The notes below the pieces were generated by a model that was not told where the DNA came from, searched no databases, and saw nothing but the letters and a program-made list of their open reading frames with translations. From a virus (Duplodnaviria > Caudoviricetes), in IMG/VR virus record IMGVR_UViG_3300047160_014082, positions 19,028 through 83,027 of that record: a stretch of 64,000 bases of DNA; one strand, 5' to 3'. Within the stretch, counting starts at the first letter, position 1, and each line of letters begins with the position of its first letter. Below are positions 56,064 to 64,000 of the stretch, one piece after another. A program made the translations under genes and the position numbers.

Positions 56064-56977
56064 CGGCCCTGGAGAACTTCCCAACAAGATGCTACCAGGC
56101 CGCTCTCTGGGCAGCTGTAATAGGGTTCCTTGAAGGCGATATGCACCAGGTAGCCTTGGCGAACGTGCCGTTCACCCTTGAGCATTTCTGTCCGCGCCCA
56201 GGCCAGCATCATGTGCCGGAAACGCTCTGGATCCTCGATCTGCTTGAGGATGGGGAGGGCTTCGTTCCAGCCTTTCTTTTCGTACATCAGGATCCGGCCT
56301 AGCTGGTAGGCTAGACCCTCTTCCTTTTTGTCGATGTCCAGAACCGTAAGCGCTTGCTGGGTGTCCAGGCCAACAACTTTCTCCAGTAGGGTTAGAACCT
56401 GGCGGGCCGAGCCGTCCGCATGCGCAATTAGGACATCCCAAATATCGTCTGCGATCTTCAGCTTCTCCTTGGCGGCAACCTCCCGGGCCAGGCTTTCCAA
56501 GTCATCATTGTGGATGCGCCCGAACTTGAGCGGCGTGCAGCGTGTATGGATCGTGGGGATGAGCCGGTCAGGCTGATTGGTGCAAAGGAAGAAGTACGCC
56601 GTTTCGGGCATGTTCTCCAGGGGGAGCAACAACGCTTCCTGAGCGGCCCGAGTCATCTGATGTACTTCGTCTAGGATCCACACCCGAGCCCGGTCTCCAA
56701 ACATCGGGGGGGACGTATGTAGCTTGCTGATGTCCCGAACGTTGTCGATAGAACGCTCATCGGCAACATTGGTATGCACCAAGTTGTAAGAGGACTTGCA
56801 GCCCAGGCGCCGCGCCAGGATCAAAGCTGCGGTGGTTTTACCACAACCGGATGGCCCAGTAAACAGAGAAGCATGGGGAAAGCCACGCTCAAGCATACCA
56901 AGAAGAGCGGCTATGGTGTCATCCTGGCCAACCATGTCTTTAAGACGCTGGGGGCGGTATTTCTGATACAGTCCCAT
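56060..56977 (-). CDS. Clamp loader subunit (DnaX/RFC-like AAA+)
   Basis: LYQKYRPQ, GPSGCGKTT, ILDEVHQ, CTN, TRC, GSARQ. Confidence 0.9.
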   Translation of the reverse strand: MGLYQKYRPQRLKDMVGQDDTIAALLGMLERGFPHASLFTGPSGCGKTTAALILARRLGCKSSYNLVHTNVADERSIDNVRDISKLHTSPPMFGDRARVWILDEVHQMTRAAQEALLLPLENMPETAYFFLCTNQPDRLIPTIHTRCTPLKFGRIHNDDLESLAREVAAKEKLKIADDIWDVLIAHADGSARQVLTLLEKVVGLDTQQALTVLDIDKKEEGLAYQLGRILMYEKKGWNEALPILKQIEDPERFRHMMLAWARTEMLKGERHVRQGYLVHIAFKEPYYSCPESGLVASCWEVLQGR

Positions 56978-56979
56978 CC

Positions 56980-57168
56980 TTAATGGCTCCTTAGTAAAAG
57001 CTCGTGCAGAATTTCAAGAATGGCCTGTTGGTTCTGGAGTATTTCATACAGCATCTGTCCAGGACCCAATGTCTGAACGGCATCAGGGCGGCTCAGTTTG
57101 ATGCCTGTTATTTCCTGTCGGTCCTGACATTCCTTCAACAGTTTCTTCTTTCGTTCCTGAAAGTTCAT
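56980..57168 (-). CDS. Hypothetical protein
   Basis: ATGA overlap. Confidence 0.5.
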   Translation of the reverse strand: MNFQERKKKLLKECQDRQEITGIKLSRPDAVQTLGPGQMLYEILQNQQAILEILHELLLRSH

Positions 57169-57527
57169 GGCTTGTACCTCACCACTTTGACCTTGAGTTT
57201 TGCTTGATAGGCCAGGGCGATCATGCTTCGGGTGCCAGGGGATTTACCATCCCAGAAGGCTACTAAAGCATCGGGCTCGGCGTTGATCATTTCCTTGTTG
57301 CGCATCGGACCCGCGGCCTTGCCGTGCTTGTCCCAGTCGGCATGGAAGACCAGCATATGCACCATGCGGTGAAAGGCCCAGTCGTTGGCCAATGTGTCTG
57401 CCCCCTTGGCCCCGCCATGTATGATGGTTAGCTTCTTCTTGTCGAGCTTAGCGGTGAAAGCATCGAGCTTGCGGAACAGTAAGTCCCGGTCTGTGAAGGT
57501 CCGGGTGCCGCAGACGATCAGACGCAT
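57165..57527 (-). CDS. DUF2493/YspA-like SLOG-family protein
   Basis: RLIVCGTR, IIHGGAKGAD, AAGPMRN, AFWDGKSPGT. Confidence 0.85.
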   Translation of the reverse strand: MRLIVCGTRTFTDRDLLFRKLDAFTAKLDKKKLTIIHGGAKGADTLANDWAFHRMVHMLVFHADWDKHGKAAGPMRNKEMINAEPDALVAFWDGKSPGTRSMIALAYQAKLKVKVVRYKP

Positions 57528-57748
57528 TCTTCCAGCTCCTTCCCGATGCTTCTGTACGCATCCAAGCCCAGAAAACCTAGTTCGGGATTGTCCGGACCCC
57601 AGTTAACTTTGTGTTCAAGAAGCTTGTGAAGATGTCTCAGGGCCAGGATGGTCTTGTTGAGCTTCCTGTTGAGCTTAAAGATTAGGGCCTTTTGATCATT
57701 GATGGTTTCTACCATTCTCAGGATCTTTTCTTGCTGGTTCATGGTCAC
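57518..57748 (-). CDS. Hypothetical coiled-coil protein
   Basis: GTGA overlap with the MTase stop. Confidence 0.5.
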   Translation of the reverse strand: MTMNQQEKILRMVETINDQKALIFKLNRKLNKTILALRHLHKLLEHKVNWGPDNPELGFLGLDAYRSIGKELEECV

Positions 57749-59001
57749 ATCCCCTTTCGTTGGATCCCTTCCCGGACACGCTTCTTGATGAGTTCGATGT
57801 ACTTAGGGTTTAGTTCACACAACACCGCAGCTCGACCCAGGCGCTGGGCCACGGCCGCGGTAGTACCCGATCCTCCGAACGGATCACACACGGTACAGGG
57901 AACCGTTTCCAGCTGGGCATACTTGGGAGACTGGAACTCCCAAGCTTCCGACCATCGGGTTTCCCTATCCCTGTAGGTCAACCAACGCTCGGAGAAGTCT
58001 TTTATGGTTTCCTTGGCCTTCTGGACTGGGGGTCGGGGCGGATCAGCGATCAGAGGAATCCCATAGCATTCACAGCCTGGGCGCCAACCTAGCGTTTTGG
58101 TTTCGGTCACATGGCGCTGGGGATCCCGGTTGCCGATGACACTGCCGGCCTTGCCGGCAACCTTGGTGTCTTTCCCCGGCCGGGTTGTTTTGCGAGTATG
58201 TTTCACCACACGTTCCCAGGGGGCACCACACTTGGGACAACAGCCCTTCTTGCTGGTGCCGGCTTTGATGCACAGCTCGGGCAGGGCTTCGGAAAATACG
58301 GCAAAGTGGGATCCCTTATAGCTCTCCGTGCTAATGGTCCATACGGACCTACGCACAGCCTTATCACCAGAAGGACTAATAGTTTTGATAGCTTCAGCAT
58401 CGAAGTAGTATTTCCGGTTCAAGGTCAACTGGAATACGTGTTCGTGGGCCTTGATACAGCGGTTGCCTACGCTTTCGGGAATGGGGTTGGGCTTGTGCCA
58501 AATGTTGTCCATGCGCAGGATCCAGCCATCATCCTGAAGGGCGAAGGCTATACGCCAGGGGATCCCCAATAGGTTCCCCTCCGGAACGTCTGACGCCGCC
58601 CGGCTCGGGCCAATGTGTCCTTCGATGCCCTGATCGCGGCCAGCTGTCCAGCGCTGGCCCTTGTCGTGTTCGCGCTCATCAAAACTATGGGGGGTCAAGC
58701 GGTGAGTATTAGCCGTAGCATAGGTATCACCCAGGTTCAAGAACAATACCCCGTCATCGCGGAGCACTCGTTTGATGGCCTGGCAGACCTTGACAATGGC
58801 TCGCACGTACTCATCAGGGGTCTTCTCCCTGCCAATCTGGCCTTTGCCACACTCGTAATCGCGCAATCCGTAGTAGGGAGGGCTGGTCACCACCATCTGG
58901 ATACTCTTAGCAGCTACGATCCTCAAGCAGCGTATGGCATCCCCGCAATAGATCCGCGTCCGACCCAGCTTGGTCAAGGTCAGTTTTGTTCTAGTTGCCA
59001 T
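57745..59001 (-). CDS. N4/N6 DNA methyltransferase (beta class) with Cys-containing insertion
   Basis: VTSPPYY, FLNLGD, WHKPN, SVWTI, DPFGGSGTT. Confidence 0.92.
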   Translation of the reverse strand: MATRTKLTLTKLGRTRIYCGDAIRCLRIVAAKSIQMVVTSPPYYGLRDYECGKGQIGREKTPDEYVRAIVKVCQAIKRVLRDDGVLFLNLGDTYATANTHRLTPHSFDEREHDKGQRWTAGRDQGIEGHIGPSRAASDVPEGNLLGIPWRIAFALQDDGWILRMDNIWHKPNPIPESVGNRCIKAHEHVFQLTLNRKYYFDAEAIKTISPSGDKAVRRSVWTISTESYKGSHFAVFSEALPELCIKAGTSKKGCCPKCGAPWERVVKHTRKTTRPGKDTKVAGKAGSVIGNRDPQRHVTETKTLGWRPGCECYGIPLIADPPRPPVQKAKETIKDFSERWLTYRDRETRWSEAWEFQSPKYAQLETVPCTVCDPFGGSGTTAAVAQRLGRAAVLCELNPKYIELIKKRVREGIQRKGM

Positions 59002-60440
59002 AGTCCCTTCTCGTTCTTCGCCCAGGACTTCTTCAGATACCAGTTGTCCCGAGCGACTTCAGTTTCGATCACCATCGGCACATTGATCCATGGCCAGTGC
59101 TTAGGAAGGCGCCGGCCTACGATGTCGTCGGTGATTTCCAGGTACTGGTCGATTTCTTTCTCGGGCGTATCGGACAAGAGGCTGTCGTGGATCTGCCCGA
59201 TGAGTAGAGTTTTCATCTTGTACTTGTCGATGGCTTTTTGCGTCTCGATGGCCGTCCAGAGCAGACAGTGAAAAGCCGAGCCCTGGATCGGGTAGTTGTT
59301 GACCTGATTGCGGCGGTACATGCCTTCGGCCTTGAAGCCGGTCAGATAACCGAACCAGCCTAATTTACGATACTCCTGGTAGAAATCTTCCTTCCATTGG
59401 GCGTAAACCTTGAAACGCCGCCCCCAGAAGTCCCCTTCGATGGCCTTGACGTGATAGGCAAAGGTCCCTTCCGCGGGCTCAGCATCGGCAGCGCATTCAC
59501 CTAGCTCGGTGATGCCCTTTTTCTTGAGCCATTGCTTGACCGGCCGGCCGTCCAATACTACATGCTCGTCGTCCAGGGCTTCCCAGATGGCCGGGGCGCA
59601 CTGATACCAGACGCTGCCATAGAACTGGGGGAAAACAAACTGGTTTTTGGCTATATGGCGCAGGGTCTTCTTGGTTTCTGCTACTTGCTTATCGAATAGG
59701 AAGAACAGTTGCTTGGCCACGTCCCGATGCATGTCTGATTTTGGATCCGTGACATACTTGATCATCACGGGATCTTTGTGATAGCAACAGGACATCACCA
59801 CTTCAATGCCTTTGAAATCGCGCTCGACCAGCACCCGGCCCTTACGCGGGATAATCGCTCGGCGCACGACCTCCCCTTGCTTGGGATCCCGTACGGGTAG
59901 GTTTTGGAAATTGAACGCTTGCGAACTAGAGCGATAACTGCGGGCGCCTCCCTTCTCGGTGTCTTTGCCCGTACCGCCGGCCAGGTTGAAGAAGGGATGC
60001 ACCAGGCCATAGACCAGCTCGCGGCGCAGGCCGGTCAAATACGTGCCCTTGACCTTCTCTAGCTTGCGCAGCTCTTCGACCATGCGCAGGTAGGGATGGT
60101 CGATCTTGGCCAGAACGTCTTTATCACTTCGATAGCGGCCGGTCTTAGTTCGCCCCCATTTCTTCTTGTACTTGAAGCCCAGATCACCGAAGAAGACGTC
60201 AACGAGCTGCACGGGACTTTCAAAATTGGTTTTGGTGCCAAAGCGCCGTCGCCAGGGCTTAACAACGTCGGTGTGGTTGGTCAGTTCCTTTTTGAGTTTG
60301 CCGATACGAGCGTTGGTTTCACGTTCGGCTTTATCAAGATATTCGACATCTATTTTGATGCCATTTTGCTCCATGCGGGCCAGGACGAGGGTGCCCGCAT
60401 GGAACAGTTGATAAGCCGCCTTGGTGTCCGGCTTGATCAT
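58980..60440 (-). CDS. polA: Family A DNA polymerase, polymerase domain only
   Basis: MEQNGIKID, NFQNLP, DFKGIEV (motif A), RHIAKNQFVFPQFYG (motif B), NYPIQGSA, QIHDS (motif C); no exonuclease domain. Confidence 0.9.
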   Translation of the reverse strand: MIKPDTKAAYQLFHAGTLVLARMEQNGIKIDVEYLDKAERETNARIGKLKKELTNHTDVVKPWRRRFGTKTNFESPVQLVDVFFGDLGFKYKKKWGRTKTGRYRSDKDVLAKIDHPYLRMVEELRKLEKVKGTYLTGLRRELVYGLVHPFFNLAGGTGKDTEKGGARSYRSSSQAFNFQNLPVRDPKQGEVVRRAIIPRKGRVLVERDFKGIEVVMSCCYHKDPVMIKYVTDPKSDMHRDVAKQLFFLFDKQVAETKKTLRHIAKNQFVFPQFYGSVWYQCAPAIWEALDDEHVVLDGRPVKQWLKKKGITELGECAADAEPAEGTFAYHVKAIEGDFWGRRFKVYAQWKEDFYQEYRKLGWFGYLTGFKAEGMYRRNQVNNYPIQGSAFHCLLWTAIETQKAIDKYKMKTLLIGQIHDSLLSDTPEKEIDQYLEITDDIVGRRLPKHWPWINVPMVIETEVARDNWYLKKSWAKNEKGLWQLEQN

Positions 60441-60844
60441 TTTGGATTATCTACCTTTGGTATGTTAACCCAATCACCACTAACGATGTAACCGAAAGGC
60501 ATGTCGTGTTGCTGGGACGTGGCGTTGAACTTGCTGACGATGATATCATCCATGTTCAAGCCCAGACGCATCACGAGCAAGTCCAGGTAGATGTAAACGT
60601 CCGCCAGTTCATCAGCCAGGAAGGCCTGCAATTCCTTTTCGGTAACTCCCTTGTTGCCGGGGACGCCATCACGGATGCGGTTTAGCTTCTTGACAAGATT
60701 GGCAGCTTCGCCCACTTCGCCAGTAAGAGCTGTCATCCAATCCGATAAGGACCAAGAGTCGAGCTTGTGGTTGAAGCCATTCGGATCTTCACAGCGCAGC
60801 CGGTTGAGTTCCGAGAACTCCTTGAAGGTCAAATCAAGCTTCAT
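60437..60844 (-). CDS. mazG: MazG-like nucleotide pyrophosphohydrolase
   Basis: LTGEVGEAANLVKK...LADELADV. Confidence 0.85.
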   Translation of the reverse strand: MKLDLTFKEFSELNRLRCEDPNGFNHKLDSWSLSDWMTALTGEVGEAANLVKKLNRIRDGVPGNKGVTEKELQAFLADELADVYIYLDLLVMRLGLNMDDIIVSKFNATSQQHDMPFGYIVSGDWVNIPKVDNPK

Positions 60845-61241
60845 CAGATTTATCCTTTCTGTTTTGGCGATATTGGCGTAAGAGCATTTCCAGATGTCTT
60901 TCGACTGCTTCCTGGCGAGGCTTGAATTTCATCCAAAAGGTGTTGTACTCTTCGCGCAGCATCTTGATCTGCCAATAAGCAAGGAACAGAGGTTTCAGGT
61001 CTTGGAACATGCCTGAGACTGGTTTCTGGACTTCCCGTTCCAGAGCCGTGTAGCAGTTGATGCAGTAACAGCCGTCGTTTGATCCTTCATGGAACACCCC
61101 GCACGACATCTGTACGGCGTAGGCTTTGCTGCACTCGTAGCAGTAGCTTTTGCCGCAGGCTAGGCAACGCGAACGATAGCCGGCCTCGTTTGTCTCGCAG
61201 ATATCGCAGATGTCAATTTCCTTGGTGACTGTTCTCTTCAT
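60834..61241 (-). CDS. Zinc-finger protein
   Basis: CDIC, CLACGKSYCYEC, CINC. Confidence 0.65.
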   Translation of the reverse strand: MKRTVTKEIDICDICETNEAGYRSRCLACGKSYCYECSKAYAVQMSCGVFHEGSNDGCYCINCYTALEREVQKPVSGMFQDLKPLFLAYWQIKMLREEYNTFWMKFKPRQEAVERHLEMLLRQYRQNRKDKSDEA

Positions 61242-61465
61242 GTTGATCCTCCCTCGTACTTTCCGCGTCCCCAGCCCTTATTGTAGATGGCCCGTAGGAC
61301 CATAACTGCTGTTCTAAGATCGGACGCGAAGAGCCGGCCACAATTGTCGGTTTCCCTGAACAACTCGTAAGCGACTCGGTTTAATTCATCATCGGTCGGG
61401 TCTTCCTGATCCTCAATTGCATCCAGGGCTCTTCGCAAACGAATTAAGTCATTCTTCGTACCCAT
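61238..61465 (-). CDS. Hypothetical protein
   Basis: MGTKNDLIRL...; ATGA overlap. Confidence 0.5.
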   Translation of the reverse strand: MGTKNDLIRLRRALDAIEDQEDPTDDELNRVAYELFRETDNCGRLFASDLRTAVMVLRAIYNKGWGRGKYEGGST

Positions 61466-61478
61466 GAGAGGTCTTCTC

Positions 61479-62096
61479 CTAAGCACGAGCCGGGGTAATG
61501 CCTGTCTGGCCCTGATACTTGGCGCCACGCTTGGCGTAATCACGTTCGGGGGCGAAGCTCAGGCGCTCGAATTCCAGCTGGGCGATCCCTTGCATGGCGT
61601 AGATCCGCGCCGGGGCCGGGCTGACGTTGCCGATTTCGATGGTTAGATGGCCTTCCCAACCAGGCTCCAGGGGGGTGGTGTTGACCAGGACGCCGCAGCG
61701 GGCATAGGTTGATTTACCTACGCAGCGGGCCTTGAGTAGACTCGGGATGCGAATGTACTCGTAGCTGCGCACCAGGGCATAGCTATGCGGAGGTAGGTCA
61801 AACCACTTGTCCATAGTGATGCTTTCAAAAACCTTGGCTTCATATTCCTTGCCCCCGCTCTTGAAAGCCTTGGGGTCGATGACCAACGAGCTGGTGTTCT
61901 TGAAAACCAATAGCTCGGGGGACAGGCGCAGGTCATAGCCGGCGGCGCTAAGACCATAGCTAATAGATCCTTCTTCTACCGGGCCGGGCCAATCCTTCCA
62001 CCAGTCTTCCACGAACGGGTCGATCATGGGCTTACCGTCCGGCATGTACAGCTTAAGGGTGCAGAAGTTGCGGATTTCTATGTCGGTCAGTATCAT
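61479..62096 (-). CDS. dcd: dCTP deaminase
   Basis: SYGLSAAGYDLRL, VGKSTYARCG, TPLEPGWEGHLTIEI, GIAQL, KYQGQTG. Confidence 0.95.
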   Translation of the reverse strand: MILTDIEIRNFCTLKLYMPDGKPMIDPFVEDWWKDWPGPVEEGSISYGLSAAGYDLRLSPELLVFKNTSSLVIDPKAFKSGGKEYEAKVFESITMDKWFDLPPHSYALVRSYEYIRIPSLLKARCVGKSTYARCGVLVNTTPLEPGWEGHLTIEIGNVSPAPARIYAMQGIAQLEFERLSFAPERDYAKRGAKYQGQTGITPARA

Positions 62097-62107
62097 CGTC
62101 TAGTCTC

Positions 62108-62236
62108 CTACAAATCGAACGGCGGTAGAATATGTGTGAGAAGAATACGCTCGGCTTCCACATAGGGTATTCCTACCGTCCAGGCCAGGAAGAACCAGCC
62201 TAGCCCTACCACCAGGGCTAGGAACAGATAGGCCAT
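62108..62236 (-). CDS. Tiny membrane protein (42 aa)
   Basis: MAYLFLALVVGLGWFFLAWTVG... Confidence 0.35.
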   Translation of the reverse strand: MAYLFLALVVGLGWFFLAWTVGIPYVEAERILLTHILPPFDL

Positions 62237-62250
62237 TTCGAGGGCGCCAT

Positions 62251-63522
62251 CTAAGTAACGTTCCAACATGGCCGGTGCAACCCCCTCTTAGATTGGATCC
62301 GGGCGACCATCCACTCCATCAAACTGTCCATGGCGTTGTATTCCAACAGCGCCCGCAGATCGCATTGCTTGATGCGATTCTCACTGTTGCTGTCCGGAGC
62401 TTTCAAGTAGGGCTTGACTCCGGAATCCCATTCGTCCTGACCGAGCAGCACAAAGGCTTGAAACTTAATACTGGTGATCCCAGGGGTGTTTTGTAGGACA
62501 TGCGCCCCCAGCATCGTGTCCTGCGCCCAGTTGCGCACATAGGAGCCCAGTTTTGTCCTGGTCCAACGCTCCTCAAACTTCATGTTCGAAGCGATCTTCG
62601 GCACGAGACCGCGCAGAAAATCCTTCATTGGCTGGACAATGGCTCCCGTCCAGGGGAAAGCGATGGACAGGGTGCCGTCACTCATAGAGCAGGTATAGAT
62701 AATCCCTTTTGTCCTGTCGGGCTTAAGCATGTTAGTTTCATAGTCAAACGCTATCGGGATCTGCTTGGCGATGGCGTTCGTGACCATTTTTGTAATAGCA
62801 AGGGCCGCAGCTACCGGATCGAACAGAACCATCAGCTTGCTCTTGAAATCGGGGGGCTTGTCCCAGGGACGACCCTTAAGAGCAAAGGCGCGCTTGAGAG
62901 CCCGGCGGAAGTCCAGATGCATAACAGTGTTCTTGCTGCCTTGACTTGACTCATCGGCTTCGGGATCATCCTTGTGCAAGAGGGCAGCGGGGTGCCAGGT
63001 CGGGCAAATCCAGGCATTCAAGCGTTGGTGGGGAATGCGCCAGTTGCGCCAACGCTCGGGTGTGCCGATATCCTCTTTCCAGAGCCAGCCTAGTACAGAC
63101 TTCATCGGGCTGGCGCCGAGCAAGACGATTACCCGGGGTTTCAACTCCTTGATGGTCTGAATTACCGCCGGCCGGCAATAGCCGATTTCTAGGTTTGTGG
63201 GGGTGCGGTTCTTACCGTCGGGATGCTTGGGACGGCAGATGTTACTGTTGGTGATCCAGCAATCCCGGCGCAGGTTCACACCGATGGAATGAAGAACTTC
63301 CTGAAGTTTCTGGCCAGCAGCACCAACGAAGGGGTGGCCACAACGATCTTCATTGGCCCCGGGGGCTTCACCGATGATAAGAACTTCGCGCTTACCCTTA
63401 CCGTCTACTTTCATCTTCGGGCTATGACAGGTCTTGTGCAGACCACAAGCGCCACACTGGGGTACAAGCGCCAGCGGAGTACGGCCCTGGGCCGGGGCCG
63501 TACTCGTGTAAAAGCTTTTCAT
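62251..63522 (-). CDS. Family-4 uracil-DNA glycosylase fused to a 3'-5' exonuclease (N-terminal part of a SPO1-like PolA)
   Basis: CGACGL, GEAPGANED, FVGAAG, CRP, TWHPA; then AFDYET (ExoI), SNMKFE (ExoII), DTML..HVL, YNAMD (ExoIII). Confidence 0.85.
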   Translation of the reverse strand: MKSFYTSTAPAQGRTPLALVPQCGACGLHKTCHSPKMKVDGKGKREVLIIGEAPGANEDRCGHPFVGAAGQKLQEVLHSIGVNLRRDCWITNSNICRPKHPDGKNRTPTNLEIGYCRPAVIQTIKELKPRVIVLLGASPMKSVLGWLWKEDIGTPERWRNWRIPHQRLNAWICPTWHPAALLHKDDPEADESSQGSKNTVMHLDFRRALKRAFALKGRPWDKPPDFKSKLMVLFDPVAAALAITKMVTNAIAKQIPIAFDYETNMLKPDRTKGIIYTCSMSDGTLSIAFPWTGAIVQPMKDFLRGLVPKIASNMKFEERWTRTKLGSYVRNWAQDTMLGAHVLQNTPGITSIKFQAFVLLGQDEWDSGVKPYLKAPDSNSENRIKQCDLRALLEYNAMDSLMEWMVARIQSKRGLHRPCWNVT

Positions 63523-63827
63523 AACTCCAGGATCCTCTTGATCTGATCGCGTAGTTCCGAAGACTTGAAAGCCCCACGCACTTCGGCCATGGAGTGACCA
63601 GAAAGCGTGACCGGATCAATCGAGCCTTCCGCGCGGTACTGCTTCCAAAAATACTTTTTTAGTCTTTTAAGGAAGCCTTCGATGCCACCGGTCCTTTCAT
63701 CCAGAACGATGCGGCGAATATCATCGATTCCACCCACAGAATCCACGATGCGCTCAAGACCAAAAACAACTTCTTCCGTTACAGTCATCGGCTGTAAGCG
63801 CAGGGACTTCGTGATGTAGTCGCGCAT
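63519..63827 (-). CDS. Hypothetical protein
   Basis: Probable start MRDYITK; ATGA overlap with the UDG-exo gene. Confidence 0.5.
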   Translation of the reverse strand: MRDYITKSLRLQPMTVTEEVVFGLERIVDSVGGIDDIRRIVLDERTGGIEGFLKRLKKYFWKQYRAEGSIDPVTLSGHSMAEVRGAFKSSELRDQIKRILEL

Positions 63828-63858
63828 GGCCGGAGAGACCCAAGCTTCTTGGTAGTCG

Positions 63859-64000
63859 CTAATTGTATGGCCCTGGGAATCCATACCCCTTGGCATGGAC
63901 CACCTCCACATAAGCACTGTTTTCGTTAGCAATCCGGCGGGTGAATTCTCCCACACCACCCATGTCGATGATTACTTGCTTTAGGTAGTTCGGGCCTATC
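63859..64000 (-). CDS. 3' end of a gene truncated by the window edge
   Basis: Open frame ...KQVIIDMGGVGEFTRRIANENSAYVEVVHAKGYGFPGPYN*. Confidence 0.4.
   Translation of the reverse strand, partial: IGPNYLKQVIIDMGGVGEFTRRIANENSAYVEVVHAKGYGFPGPYN

Noticed and set aside
1-64000. tRNA/rRNA genes, integrase, terminase, portal, lysis genes
   Set aside because: None recognised in this window; they probably lie elsewhere in the genome, so lifestyle and packaging mode cannot be called.

Overview
A 64-kb segment of a large tailed dsDNA phage or prophage with an HK97-type head. The host is unknown; the HzsA-like gene hints at Planctomycetota (inference). The + strand arm (1-43270) carries a 5'-truncated HzsA-like c-type cytochrome protein and a ~15-kb glycosyltransferase/methyltransferase/Ugd/B12-radical-SAM cluster. 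It continues with a multidomain head-associated protein containing an Acb1-like 2H domain, a 1340-aa prohead protease, the major capsid protein, neck and tail genes, a GT71-like transferase and a KTSC protein. The - strand arm (43267-64000) carries recombination and replication genes: split SbcC plus SbcD, RecA, gp32-like SSB, clamp loader, DNA MTase, split UDG-exo/PolA, MazG and Dcd. The standout is at 48255-51281: a RAMP/Cas7-like gene flanked by two non-coding arrays totalling about 30 units. Each unit is a run of NN-G(G/N)Y pentamers closed by GGTTTTAC, a candidate RNA-guided system with a discontinuous code. Three selfish endonuclease insertions also have unusual architectures: an intein with an out-of-frame nuclease, an HNH carrying a recoded replacement 3' end for its host gene, and an HNH splitting a small gene. 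All family assignments come from motif recognition by eye; no searches were run.
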